A program made the position numbers and the translations under genes. Shown in pieces: positions 28,851-38,779 of a stretch of 64,000 nucleotides of DNA (position 1 is the stretch's first letter; each line of letters starts with the position of its first letter). This DNA comes from a virus: the IMG/VR virus record IMGVR_UViG_3300021519_000877, positions 10,426-74,425 of that record. One strand, 5' to 3'. The notes under the pieces are model-generated. The model saw nothing but the letters and a program-made list of their open reading frames with translations. It searched no databases and had not been told where the DNA came from.

Positions 28851-31520
28851 TTATTCAAAATCAAATAAACTACCAAAATTGTTATCTTGTGTTGTGCTAC
28901 TTAAATCCCATTCAAGAACTCCAATAAGATTATCTAACTTATTGTTAATAATAGCAGTTTCCATTTCTGAATGATTAAACGGTAAATCCTTAAACCATTG
29001 TGGCAAGCGCATTTCATCTACTGGATACGCAATACTGGTATATCCTAACGGATTATCTTTCATCTTACAAACAATAACTTTCATACCGTCTACAATCTGT
29101 TGACTATACTTGTCACCATTCATTGTTTTTAAAGTATTCCAATTAATACTTGCTCGCACATGACCAGGCATGTTTGTTTTACCAGCTTTCTTTTCTTTGG
29201 CTTGGTAGTCAGTAATATTGTTAGCACGTTTTGGACTACCTTTCTCCCAACCAGGTCTAGCCTTAAACTCAGTGCGGAATTCACTAATACGATCCAGGAT
29301 TTCAGTTTCTTGAGCACCATCTAAAACTTTATTTAGAAGTTCGCTTAAAAAGTTCTGCATAAATTCTGGAGTATCTGAACGCTTCAAGTCTAAGCCCATA
29401 GCCTTCATCTTGCCAACACCGTTATCGTCATCTTGTCTCTTGCCATCTTTGTCATAATAACGAACAGCGTACCGCTTTTTAGTAATAAACAATCCACGGT
29501 CTGCTACAAGTTCACGACCTGCTTTAATAACCTCACCGCGATTTTTTGGACAGTGAAAGTCATCTAACATGAACTGTGGGAATGTTGCATTTACTTCTTC
29601 TGCGATTTGATCGTAGAGTTGCACCACTGTATCTTTGTTCCAAGGAATAATACCTTTATTAATGTCGTTCTTTAAAATGGGCCAAGCACTAAAATACACA
29701 GAGTCGGTATCGCCGTAGATAATGCTCTTGCCAATATAATTGTATTCACCGGCTACAAACTCATTTACTTTAGCAGCCATGTGACGGGCAATTCTACGCC
29801 CAGTGAGCGTTGTTGATTGACCAATGCGCTTATCGAAGAAACGGCAACCAGGATTAAGAATAGCCCCATAGAGACTGTTAAGCAAAATCTTTTTAACCAG
29901 TTGACGCTTGTCCCAATATTCTTCTTCAATTTCATTTTCTGCCTTTATTGCATCTCTAAGTTTTGCCTGCATGTCTTTACGTTCAGCATACCAGCGTTTT
30001 AATAATCCAGGAATAATTCCTTCTTTTGCATAGGTAAAGATTGTGCCGTTAGCACTTAAGATCCAGGGTTGGTTATTTTCATAAACCATATCATAGATTT
30101 GAGCACCACTTAACACATCGGTTGACCCATCTTCCCAGTCGAGGATAATATCATTGGCCTTGTCTTTGTTCATAACAAATTCAAATTCATTTGAGCCAAA
30201 CTTGCCTTCCCATGCTGCCGCAAAACTACTACCCTTGGCCATCTTAGCTTCAATTTCTTCTTTGGTATAATCCTGACGCAACTGCCCAACAATAGTTTCT
30301 GGGCCCATGTTAAGTGCTCTAATTGCACTAGGATATAGTGAGTTAATATCCATTGAACCGATCCACTCATGCAATCCTTTCTTTGGATACGCTACATACG
30401 CACCAGCCGCTTGATTATCACCGCGGTCATCTTGTCTTGGACGACTTGGCACAATAAGACCTTTTGCGTGTGCTTCAATAATAATAGCCTGTTCTGTTAC
30501 AGCTACAGCACCCATGGTTGTTGCCAATAGAACTGTGTTTTCGTGTGCAATGGTATTGGCAAGATCAATAAACTTCAGCTTCTTATCTAGTTTATCTAAC
30601 AACGCAGTATCTTGTCTGTTGTATATGATAAAAGTTCTAAAGTCATTATTATATAATTGATCTAATGTTCCTTCGTAAACGGTTTTGGATTCTCCAACTT
30701 CCATTTCTCCAATAGCATCAAGTCTGTAAGTATGTCTTTCTTCGTATGTATACTTTCTATATAGTTCGAGTGAGTCAAGGTGAACCCTGCCCACGAGGTC
30801 ATAAGTGACCGCAGTTTTTCCGTATTTTTCATATTCTCTTTTCTTTGGAAATTGATCCCATAAGCATAATCTACGAGTATCTTCTTTTGAGAGAACTTTG
30901 ATAATACGATTAACAGTATAAGGCATATCAAAGCCCTCACTGTTCCAACCACTTAAAATATCTGCATCTTCGATTAAGTTTAGGAATGTATCTAACATTT
31001 CGTGTTCTGTTTCAAACAAGATAGTGTTAGGAATGTCTTTAATTTGCTCTTGCGCCTGCGCCATTGTTAGAGTCTTTGGCGGTACTGCTAAACATACTAG
31101 GGTATCTAACCACTGTAGGTGAACTGAAATTGCAGTAATTGGCATAAATGCGTCATCTGGTGCCGCATAGCCACGCTCTGGATCGAAGTCCACTTCGATA
31201 TCCCAAAATGCTACATTTAGTTTTGGTGCGTCGATGTTTAGATAGTTTTCTTCTAATACACGAAACACTGGATTAATGTCTGACTCAAATAGTCTGTGAC
31301 TACTGTGAATCTTTTGTTCTTTAATGTGTTCTTTCCAGCTCTTGCTAGTAACTTTGCTTAGTGCGTCCCCATACAAACTTGTGTGTTTGCCCTTTTGATC
31401 AGGATAGTAAAAAACGTATCTTGCGGGGAACTGCTGAAATATACGGCCTTTCTTTGGATCTCTTTCGACAACAGATACGATATCTGTGTCACGATCCCAT
31501 CGTGCATCTACATACGACAT
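28851..31520 (-). CDS. Family B DNA polymerase (gp43-like)
   Basis: Exo DIEVD, GWNSEGFD, YNRQD; Pol DINSLYPS, KILLNSLYG, YGDTDS, KKRY. Confidence 0.95.
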   Translation of the reverse strand: MSYVDARWDRDTDIVSVVERDPKKGRIFQQFPARYVFYYPDQKGKHTSLYGDALSKVTSKSWKEHIKEQKIHSSHRLFESDINPVFRVLEENYLNIDAPKLNVAFWDIEVDFDPERGYAAPDDAFMPITAISVHLQWLDTLVCLAVPPKTLTMAQAQEQIKDIPNTILFETEHEMLDTFLNLIEDADILSGWNSEGFDMPYTVNRIIKVLSKEDTRRLCLWDQFPKKREYEKYGKTAVTYDLVGRVHLDSLELYRKYTYEERHTYRLDAIGEMEVGESKTVYEGTLDQLYNNDFRTFIIYNRQDTALLDKLDKKLKFIDLANTIAHENTVLLATTMGAVAVTEQAIIIEAHAKGLIVPSRPRQDDRGDNQAAGAYVAYPKKGLHEWIGSMDINSLYPSAIRALNMGPETIVGQLRQDYTKEEIEAKMAKGSSFAAAWEGKFGSNEFEFVMNKDKANDIILDWEDGSTDVLSGAQIYDMVYENNQPWILSANGTIFTYAKEGIIPGLLKRWYAERKDMQAKLRDAIKAENEIEEEYWDKRQLVKKILLNSLYGAILNPGCRFFDKRIGQSTTLTGRRIARHMAAKVNEFVAGEYNYIGKSIIYGDTDSVYFSAWPILKNDINKGIIPWNKDTVVQLYDQIAEEVNATFPQFMLDDFHCPKNRGEVIKAGRELVADRGLFITKKRYAVRYYDKDGKRQDDDNGVGKMKAMGLDLKRSDTPEFMQNFLSELLNKVLDGAQETEILDRISEFRTEFKARPGWEKGSPKRANNITDYQAKEKKAGKTNMPGHVRASINWNTLKTMNGDKYSQQIVDGMKVIVCKMKDNPLGYTSIAYPVDEMRLPQWFKDLPFNHSEMETAIINNKLDNLIGVLEWDLSSTTQDNNFGSLFDFE

Positions 31521-31529
31521 ATTCTTCTC

Positions 31530-31583
31530 CTACCGCTTATGGCCGGCAACCTTCACTTAGCGATTTATGGCTCGCAGGACCTT
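31530..31583 (-). promoter_or_regulatory. Tandem hairpins with GCCAUAAR loops in the polymerase leader (putative translational operator)
   Basis: gcga-gccataaa-tcgc and gccg-gccataag-cggt, each preceded by AAGGT, abutting the AGGAG SD. Confidence 0.55.
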
Positions 31584-31591
31584 TCTCATTA

Positions 31592-31891
31592 TTATTTAGT
31601 TAGCATATTAATTAGACCGATAAAATCGATGCTAACAAGCAACAGATAATTAGCCACCATACCAAAACTACCCCTAGTCCAAGCAGCCCAACCATACATA
31701 GCACAGCCAGCGATCCAAATAGGATAAAGCATGAGCAGAGGAGGAGTAGGGACTGTAAGGGCCATAGTAATACTACAACCAATAGAGATAGCCCAAGCAA
31801 GTATTTCAATATAGAATCTTAACGGCCATTCTTGATAATCTCGTTTGGCCCATTTGAATATATCTACAAATCCGTTTGTAATTTGGTCCAT
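31592..31891 (-). CDS. Small multi-pass membrane protein
   Basis: Three hydrophobic segments. Confidence 0.65.
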   Translation of the reverse strand: MDQITNGFVDIFKWAKRDYQEWPLRFYIEILAWAISIGCSITMALTVPTPPLLMLYPIWIAGCAMYGWAAWTRGSFGMVANYLLLVSIDFIGLINMLTK

Positions 31892-32187
31892 TAGTCGTCA
31901 TCACGATTGGGATTTACATTATCGCTTTCGCGGGTAGCATGTCCACTAATATCAACAATAGTTTCTAAATCATCGAACTCGTTGAATACACGATCCCAAT
32001 CACCTTTTTGTGCAATCTTAATTGCTTTTTTAATAGTGCTTGGCTTTACTTCTAATTCTTCTGCTACCGCTTTAATTGTGTCATTAAGTCCTTCGTTCAA
32101 GTCTTGAACTTCTTGTAGAACTGTAACACCTTCAGAAATTAACTGACGGATTTTTGCTTTTTCTGGATCGCCGAATACTTTGCTCAT
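31891..32187 (-). CDS. dsDNA-binding protein (T4 DsbA/GapR-like)
   Basis: LQEVQDLNEGLNDTIKAVAEELEVKPSTIKKAIK pattern. Confidence 0.55.
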   Translation of the reverse strand: MSKVFGDPEKAKIRQLISEGVTVLQEVQDLNEGLNDTIKAVAEELEVKPSTIKKAIKIAQKGDWDRVFNEFDDLETIVDISGHATRESDNVNPNRDDD

Positions 32188-32206
32188 AATGTTCTCCTAT
32201 CTGTTT

Positions 32207-32235
32207 ATTATATAGTAATAGTGGGTTATTGTCAA
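32207..32235 (-). promoter_or_regulatory. Sigma70-type promoter TTGACA-17-TATAAT
   Basis: Perfect consensus heading the replication operon. Confidence 0.85.
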
Positions 32236-32260
32236 GCAGTGAGACATAATAATTATGAAT

Positions 32261-32368
32261 GTACGGTTGTTAAATTGGCATCACAGAGATCGAGAACCAA
32301 AGGATTTTCCAATTTTCCCCTTTGGGCATCACCGAATTGGCAGTCGAGCCCGCAACCTGTGGCCGTAT
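32261..32368. ncRNA. Candidate structured RNA/DNA element, family unknown
   Basis: Nested inverted repeats tacgg/ccgta, cacag/ctgtg, ccaaagg/cctttgg in a GC-richer intergenic gap. Confidence 0.35.
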
Positions 32369-32369
32369 T

Positions 32370-33524
32370 TTATTTCTTTAGTTGTCTAGCAAGTTTGCCA
32401 GCTAGTTGTTCTTCGTAAGTGCGTTCGTGTTCAAACAGCTCATCAGCTAGACTATCGTGTGTCCATCCTTCGCCTTTTACCTGCTTCTCTAAACGATCAA
32501 TAGCAGATTTCATACCTGATCCTGCCGGAGCCGCTTTACGCTTGGCTTCAATGTCGCTGTGTTTCTTTTCGCGCTCTGCAGAACCTTTACGGAATTTAGC
32601 AAGAGCTGTGTCTTCTTTCATTCCGCCTACGCTAGCAAGTTTTAATAGTGCGGCTCTGATAAATTCTGTAAGTTCTTTGGCAGCACCGTCACCCCACTCT
32701 ACACTTTTAACGATAGCATGTGCGCCTTCTGAATCAATTTGATCAGCAATATGTTTTGCTAATTCTGGAGTTAAATGCTCTAACCCTTCTGTATCGCCTT
32801 CGCCTTCAGTTGGCCGTGTATCCATCATTCCTGGACCAGTAATGCCGTTCATTGCTTCCGGTGTCTTGCTAATTCTACGTGGTTGAACAGCACTACGGCT
32901 ACTACCGTAATCTTTACGCATATCTTGGTTGCTATGGGTATCTCTATAACCTTGAATATATTCGTCCCATTCTGGACTACCTTTTTGGAATCCGTATTCT
33001 GCTGTTATATCATGTTGGCGACCATAGTAAGCATCTGCACCGCCTAGGTCAAACGGAGATTTTTGATTCACTCCGCCTCTATTAATAAACTGGTCGTATT
33101 CCGGAGTACCATCTGCAGGTATCTCTCCTTCACCTTCCGCCACACTTTTCTCTTTACGATTGATCTTTTTTTGTGCTGTATTCATATTAATCCCACGGAC
33201 TGCCTGATCGATCCAGTCCTTATCACCAGTGCGTGGATTAGGTGTTGCAGCCTTTGCGGCATCTTGTTGTACCTGGCGCTTTGCTTTATAGCTTTTTAAG
33301 GAATCAATACTCAATTCGTTAAGCTGTCGTGTAAGACGATCTTCGTAGCTTTCAGCAACTTCTTTTTTCTTATGCTTTACTTCGCCTTTCTTTTCGGCTT
33401 TCTTTTTGTCCTTCATTGGACCAGCAGCCCCTCCGCCGATTGCTTTGTTAGCATTCTTGGCTACAGGATTCTTTGCTTTGATTGTGCGAATAGGATCGCG
33501 ACGGTCTTTTTTGCCTTCGTTCAT
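32370..33524 (-). CDS. Low-complexity modular protein, probable internal head protein
   Basis: Charged modules delimited by xxE sites (VAE, LNE, MKE). Confidence 0.55.
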   Translation of the reverse strand: MNEGKKDRRDPIRTIKAKNPVAKNANKAIGGGAAGPMKDKKKAEKKGEVKHKKKEVAESYEDRLTRQLNELSIDSLKSYKAKRQVQQDAAKAATPNPRTGDKDWIDQAVRGINMNTAQKKINRKEKSVAEGEGEIPADGTPEYDQFINRGGVNQKSPFDLGGADAYYGRQHDITAEYGFQKGSPEWDEYIQGYRDTHSNQDMRKDYGSSRSAVQPRRISKTPEAMNGITGPGMMDTRPTEGEGDTEGLEHLTPELAKHIADQIDSEGAHAIVKSVEWGDGAAKELTEFIRAALLKLASVGGMKEDTALAKFRKGSAEREKKHSDIEAKRKAAPAGSGMKSAIDRLEKQVKGEGWTHDSLADELFEHERTYEEQLAGKLARQLKK

Positions 33525-34606
33525 AATGTTCTCTTTATAACTTTAGATTTTTTCTTTTTGGCACCCTTTGGCGCTCCTACAGTACCACCGAATAACCACC
33601 CGCCACCTGCGGCAGGAGCACTAGCAATACTTCCAGATCCTGTCGCACCAGCACTAGCTGATTCGCCAATTTCAATGCCACCTTCTTCATCTGGTTCTGC
33701 AATTTTGTTTAAGAAGTCGCCTACGAACCAAAACCAATTTTTAAAGTGGCCAGGATTAGTATCGTATTCTTGATGAGCATAGCCTTGAGCACTACTAATT
33801 AAACTGTTGAATGTGGATGACTCTTGATTCTTTGCGGCTACTTTTTCCATCTCATTATATAACTGATCGGCCCCGGCTTCGTCTTGGTATTTTTCAATGC
33901 TGGGGGCTAAAGAGTTATACACTGATAGTATACGTCTTGCCACTGTAGGTTGCATATCTCCCCATCTAGCGGCTTCGGTTACGTCCGTAGACGAATTAGG
34001 ATGCTCGTCGCTGTCGCCACTCTTGGCAATAAGGTTACCAGAGCTACGATCTAAGCTCTTTAACTCTTGAGGTTTATGTTCTTCTTCACCTTTAAGAATC
34101 TTGCGAGCACGACTAAATCCGTCCACAAGCACACTTAAACTATCTTCGTCTGCTTGATACTTAATACCGATACCACCAGCAGCTTCCCAAGCAGAGATAT
34201 TACTACCTCGGTCATCAACTAATATGTTAGGAGTGCCGTCTTTTTGTTTTGCGTATTTGGCTTTGTTGGGTGTAATAATAAGATCGTCGGGCTGCGGATT
34301 TAAATTATTTTTAATCCATACACGTTTCCATTTTTCACTATTTTCAAAGTCGTTGCGTAACGGGCTTGAACAAATATGATAGTGTCCGTATAGCTTTACA
34401 ACCATAGCAACAATTTGATCAGCGGGTTGAGTTTTAGGTAGGCGATTAAAAAAATCTGTGCCTATCATTTTTTGTAATGTTGGATCTGTTTTTGCAGGCG
34501 GTATATCTCTATAGTTGCCGCTTTCAATACCGGCAAGTTTAGCATACTCTGTAAAAAAGTCTGCTAATACTCCATCGAGGTCTAGATATACTTCTGGCTT
34601 GTTCAT
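33521..34606 (-). CDS. HAD-family 5'(3')-nucleotidase fused to additional modules
   Basis: YLDLDGVLADF, CSSP, K, ILVDDR..N..WEAAGG. Confidence 0.8.
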   Translation of the reverse strand: MNKPEVYLDLDGVLADFFTEYAKLAGIESGNYRDIPPAKTDPTLQKMIGTDFFNRLPKTQPADQIVAMVVKLYGHYHICSSPLRNDFENSEKWKRVWIKNNLNPQPDDLIITPNKAKYAKQKDGTPNILVDDRGSNISAWEAAGGIGIKYQADEDSLSVLVDGFSRARKILKGEEEHKPQELKSLDRSSGNLIAKSGDSDEHPNSSTDVTEAARWGDMQPTVARRILSVYNSLAPSIEKYQDEAGADQLYNEMEKVAAKNQESSTFNSLISSAQGYAHQEYDTNPGHFKNWFWFVGDFLNKIAEPDEEGGIEIGESASAGATGSGSIASAPAAGGGWLFGGTVGAPKGAKKKKSKVIKRTL

Positions 34607-34950
34607 TTCTTCATCCAATTTGCTACAGGACTTACGGTGCCTGTTTTATCTGTTTCTTTACTACCTTTAGTAGTTAATTTCTTTGCGGTAATGCCAACAC
34701 GCTTTCGTGCAACATTCATCATCTCTTCTTCAGCAGGGGTATAGTGAACGGACACCATTAGTCCTGCTGACGGTCCATTTGCATCAAATTCGTGCTCGCA
34801 GTCTGGAGCTCCGGCGGCTGCAATAGCTAATCGATATTTTGTATATGGTACGGTTTCAGCTGATGGATAGGTGTAGGATCCAACAGAGGCAGCCTTGTAA
34901 TTTTTATTTACAGGTTCTGTTTTTGCTTCTAGTAGATCTCTTATTCTCAT
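34603..34950 (-). CDS. Probable internal head protein
   Basis: N-terminus MRIRDLLE. Confidence 0.55.
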   Translation of the reverse strand: MRIRDLLEAKTEPVNKNYKAASVGSYTYPSAETVPYTKYRLAIAAAGAPDCEHEFDANGPSAGLMVSVHYTPAEEEMMNVARKRVGITAKKLTTKGSKETDKTGTVSPVANWMKK

Positions 34951-35258
34951 TTCTTATCCACAGGCTTTTCGCCGGTTAGATATGGTTTACTAAACCATAA
35001 CTTTATATATTCAGCACTTCCGGGTTTAATATTATTATCTTTCATCAACTTGACTTTTTCAGCGGCTGTTGTTGAAATATTACTACCCTTATTTATTTCT
35101 GCATTATGCGCACGATATTCTTGTAATCGTGCTTCGCTACCCAATCCAGCTAGATACTGTATAACTTTTAACTCGTTTAGGGGATCGTTAGGCGCTATAT
35201 AAGCGTCTTCATCGCTGTCCTGCGGAATATTATCGGTAGTTATATAATATTGTTTCAT
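34947..35258 (-). CDS. Hypothetical protein
   Basis: 103-aa ORF; IKPGSAEYIKLWF. Confidence 0.6.
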   Translation of the reverse strand: MKQYYITTDNIPQDSDEDAYIAPNDPLNELKVIQYLAGLGSEARLQEYRAHNAEINKGSNISTTAAEKVKLMKDNNIKPGSAEYIKLWFSKPYLTGEKPVDKK

Positions 35259-37048
35259 TTCTTTTCTAAAAGTTTAATTAGGTTGGCAATACGAATTTCG
35301 TATTCCTCTCCTATTTTAACACAATTATTGACTCGTGTCTTGCCTTTCATCTTGGTTCCGGACTTTTTATATCCTTTCCGACATTTTGGATCCAGCCTTT
35401 GGTCTTCTTTGCTCATAGTTGCACCAGTGCCAATTTGATCAAAGTTTTCACCAACTAGATCACCTGCACGAGCCGGGCGTTTTGTTTTGCCCTTTAGTTG
35501 TCCTGCTGTGCCTAATTTATTTTTAGCTGCGCCAGCAAATGCGCTTGTTGGTAACATTGTTTCTACCGGCGCCATCTTCTTAACTTTTTTAACAGGAGTT
35601 AACCCAGTTTGTACCGCTAACATTAATGCTTGTGCATCTTTGTCATTTAACGTTTTTGGTAACCCTTGACGGAATGCTTCAAAATTACTTTCAATTGCGG
35701 CAGCTCGCATCTTTGTTGCACTCATTCCTGAAGCGTTGTCTGAGTCTGGATCTCGATCACCTGCTGATGCTACACTGATAGTATTGTAGTTGTATTCTTG
35801 CCCGTTGTATTGTTGTAATAGTTTATCGAAACTTGCCGCACGGTCTGATCCGGCAACCATAACAAGGTCTGAGTATTTGCTGTTAAGATGCTTTGCAGCT
35901 TCAATTGGGGTGCGGACTTGTTCATTGCATGCTACAAAGTTAGTTCCAGGAAACATTAATTTTAAATAATGCATCTTTTGTTCTATACTTAATGGATTGG
36001 CTTTATGATCCTGTGTCTTTGAAACATAGATTACATAATCTGCGTGTTGTTGAGCAGCCGCATTTTTTACAGCATTAATTAAAACTTCGTGTCCGATAGT
36101 AGGTGGATTAAAACGACCAAATGCAAATACTATCTTGCGTAGTGCGGGTTTAACTAATTCGTTAAGTAATCGACTTCTACTTTCACCAAATGTTTGTGCA
36201 ACTTTAGCACGAGCGGCTTCTTTGCCTGCCCCTTTAGCTGTGCCAACTTCTCCGCTCTTAACGCTGATCATACTGCTGAATACTCCTTGCATACGATTAT
36301 TGCTACGTGGATTTTTAATTGTTTGTTTGCTTTGTGCAAGTAGAGTATCAAAATCATTGGTCAAGTCATATTGATATAACAATGTTTGTAGGTCACTCCA
36401 CTTTTGACTATGCCAAAGTATTTCTCTATCTGTTTGTTTAAATGTGCCTGGTTCGTAAGTAACCTTACGCAACTGTAGCTCAGTGCTTGATAGGTTAAAC
36501 TCGAATTCTTGATTTGGTTGAACATTGTTTGGAACATGAACATTTAATTTTTTAAACAGTAATTTTGGATCAGTTTCGATTGCGGCAATTTTAACAAGTC
36601 CTAATACAAGACCTTGCTTCTCAGCGGGCATGTCTAGAAACTCTTGTTTAAATCCTGCTTCGATATGATCCAATGCAATGATGTTATCGATCTGTGCCGA
36701 ATACCCTAGGGCATGATCATGATAGCGAACAGTTACAATCTCACCAGAGTTATAACTACGACGGCCAGCATGCTTCTCAGAAGTAAATGCTGTGATAACA
36801 GTGTCTGGCATTTTTTCAAAGAAATGCACAAGATCTTGTTTAACTTCTTTTTTATTCTTGCTAGACTTGATATGCGTAATAAGATCGATGTCACCAAAAT
36901 CATTCTTTTCTAAATTTGAATTGTAGCTGCCAGATGGCTGTATGCTAACAAAGCCTGGAAACTTTGAAATGATATTTTTATAAGATGCTAGGAAACTTTG
37001 ATAGTCCTGGCGACTCTTTACTCGATCAGCACCTGCTACTCCGCTCAT
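35255..37048 (-). CDS. Pol-beta-superfamily nucleotidyltransferase fused to a HIGH-type (NMNAT/cytidylyltransferase-like) domain
   Basis: SGSY..GDID..QID; FGRFNPPTIGH, AGSDR, MSATKMR. Confidence 0.75.
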   Translation of the reverse strand: MSGVAGADRVKSRQDYQSFLASYKNIISKFPGFVSIQPSGSYNSNLEKNDFGDIDLITHIKSSKNKKEVKQDLVHFFEKMPDTVITAFTSEKHAGRRSYNSGEIVTVRYHDHALGYSAQIDNIIALDHIEAGFKQEFLDMPAEKQGLVLGLVKIAAIETDPKLLFKKLNVHVPNNVQPNQEFEFNLSSTELQLRKVTYEPGTFKQTDREILWHSQKWSDLQTLLYQYDLTNDFDTLLAQSKQTIKNPRSNNRMQGVFSSMISVKSGEVGTAKGAGKEAARAKVAQTFGESRSRLLNELVKPALRKIVFAFGRFNPPTIGHEVLINAVKNAAAQQHADYVIYVSKTQDHKANPLSIEQKMHYLKLMFPGTNFVACNEQVRTPIEAAKHLNSKYSDLVMVAGSDRAASFDKLLQQYNGQEYNYNTISVASAGDRDPDSDNASGMSATKMRAAAIESNFEAFRQGLPKTLNDKDAQALMLAVQTGLTPVKKVKKMAPVETMLPTSAFAGAAKNKLGTAGQLKGKTKRPARAGDLVGENFDQIGTGATMSKEDQRLDPKCRKGYKKSGTKMKGKTRVNNCVKIGEEYEIRIANLIKLLEKK

Positions 37049-38382
37049 TCTCTTGTCCTTAGTGCCGAAGTATCTGGTAGGAACTTACCTGTAAGCCCCA
37101 AACTGTCCTTACGTTTGCGCCACTCGTCTTGCATGTCATCTGGAATGTCTGCACGAGTTGAGTCTAATATTTTAAAGTAAATGTTTAGCAGAGTAATATA
37201 ATCTGCTGGCTGCATTTTTGCTTTTAGTAATGCGTGTAGTTTGTAATAATCTTCAGCATCGGATGGTTTAATATTAAAACCCAAACGCTTGCTTAAAACT
37301 GCTAATGCTTGCGCAGGATCGCGGGCAATAACTTCGCCAGAGTCTTTATCTTTAACACCACCGATATGACTAAACGATAAGCCAGCTACTTGGAATGCTG
37401 ATAGCATTAGCTGTGTGCGATGCAGACCTTTAACATTTGAATGTTCTGGGTAAGCGGCTGAGTGATAGCTAAACTTTAACCAGTTTAGATCTCCAACCAT
37501 CCAATCAATTTGCACACCACTACCTACTGGATTGCCTTGCTCGTCTAACTGTGAAAACAATCCAAAGATGTTACCATCTGTTACTTTCTTTTCATCACAG
37601 AATAGTGTAGGTGCATGTGCGTTGATATAACGTGTAAGCAATTTTAAAAATGCTTTCATGCGTAGTTGTTCTGGACTGCTTGTTCTTGCTCTTGCTTTAA
37701 GTGCTTCAAACTCTTGTGCCACTGCGGCAGGATCTAATCCCCAGGCGGCAATACTTTGGTCACTCATTTCTTTATCTAATAAGTCAGTAGCACTAACTCC
37801 TAAGTCGATGTCGCCGCTTACTGCTTTCTTACCTACTGAACCTAATGGTACAAAATTCTTTTCACTGAAGATTGCCGCCTTCTTAGGAAATACACTTTTC
37901 AATTCTGAAAAGTATGCGGCTAGGGTTGGTTGAATGTGTTCTCTTTTAATAGAGGTCGTTTTACCTGCAAATACGTTTCCGCCTTCACTCACTGGTTTTG
38001 CCTTTAAAAATTCTGGATACAGTTTATTAAATTCACGCATGATAATACCTGCGTGGACGTTTGCTTCATTTTCTTCTGGGCTACCTGTTGCACTATCAAT
38101 ATCAACATGGTTGCGATCTTGTTTGGCATGAACTAGCTCGTGTGCTAGGGTGCGTAATGTATCAACTGGTTGACGATTAGCAATAGCAAGTTCTAATGAA
38201 TATGTTTCATTATTGAAACGTCCCATGGTAGGCTGATCGCCATGCGATAGAGTTTTCTTTAAAATAATAGTTGGCATTTTATCCAACTTAAGAATCTTTT
38301 TAGCAACCGGCAAGAATACTTTTAGGATTTCTTTAAAATCAGGCTCTGCTTCTTGAGGTTTAAAAAGTTCTGACAATAACAT
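37045..38382 (-). CDS. Zincin (HExxH) domain fused to a Pol-beta-superfamily nucleotidyltransferase
   Basis: TLAHELVH..ENEAN; LGSVGKK..SGDIDL..VQIDWM. Confidence 0.72.
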   Translation of the reverse strand: MLLSELFKPQEAEPDFKEILKVFLPVAKKILKLDKMPTIILKKTLSHGDQPTMGRFNNETYSLELAIANRQPVDTLRTLAHELVHAKQDRNHVDIDSATGSPEENEANVHAGIIMREFNKLYPEFLKAKPVSEGGNVFAGKTTSIKREHIQPTLAAYFSELKSVFPKKAAIFSEKNFVPLGSVGKKAVSGDIDLGVSATDLLDKEMSDQSIAAWGLDPAAVAQEFEALKARARTSSPEQLRMKAFLKLLTRYINAHAPTLFCDEKKVTDGNIFGLFSQLDEQGNPVGSGVQIDWMVGDLNWLKFSYHSAAYPEHSNVKGLHRTQLMLSAFQVAGLSFSHIGGVKDKDSGEVIARDPAQALAVLSKRLGFNIKPSDAEDYYKLHALLKAKMQPADYITLLNIYFKILDSTRADIPDDMQDEWRKRKDSLGLTGKFLPDTSALRTRE

Positions 38383-38383
38383 C

Positions 38384-38779
38384 TTAGTGTCCTAACTTGT
38401 ATTCGTCTTTGATAATGTCTTTATGATGATGATCTGCTAATCGTTTGCATAGGTCGATGCGGAATTCTTTGTGGAATGTATCTGCAGGATGTCTGTCAAC
38501 TTCGTGTTCTTTGAAAAACTCCATACAGCCTTCTTTAACCATAGGCATCCACATTTTCCAGTCATGTGTATCTTCATCACTATTTTCTTTATGGGATTTT
38601 TTGATCTCTTTGGCTAACGGCATAAAGTATTTTTTATGTAGATCGTTATGATCTAAAATATACCAAAATACTTGATCTGCAAGTTCTTGTTCTTGTTCTT
38701 TTCCAAGAGATTCTGGATCTCTTTCATTAGCCTCGTTAGGGTTATGATTAATGTTGCCAAAAAATTCGTATAGTTTCAT
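38384..38779 (-). CDS. Probable internal head protein
   Basis: N-terminus MKLYEFF; TAAATA at 38811-38816. Confidence 0.55.
   Translation of the reverse strand: MKLYEFFGNINHNPNEANERDPESLGKEQEQELADQVFWYILDHNDLHKKYFMPLAKEIKKSHKENSDEDTHDWKMWMPMVKEGCMEFFKEHEVDRHPADTFHKEFRIDLCKRLADHHHKDIIKDEYKLGH

Noticed and set aside
28851-31520. Intein or intron in the DNA polymerase
   Set aside because: Continuous 889-aa ORF with normal motif order and no splicing motifs
32221-32418. 65-aa plus-strand ORF across the structured element
   Set aside because: GTG start without SD, overlaps a promoter and a gene end, no protein-like features
35255-38382. CBASS CD-NTase or toxin-antitoxin call
   Set aside because: Only the generic Pol-beta motif is visible; no Cap effector or HEPN partner adjacent
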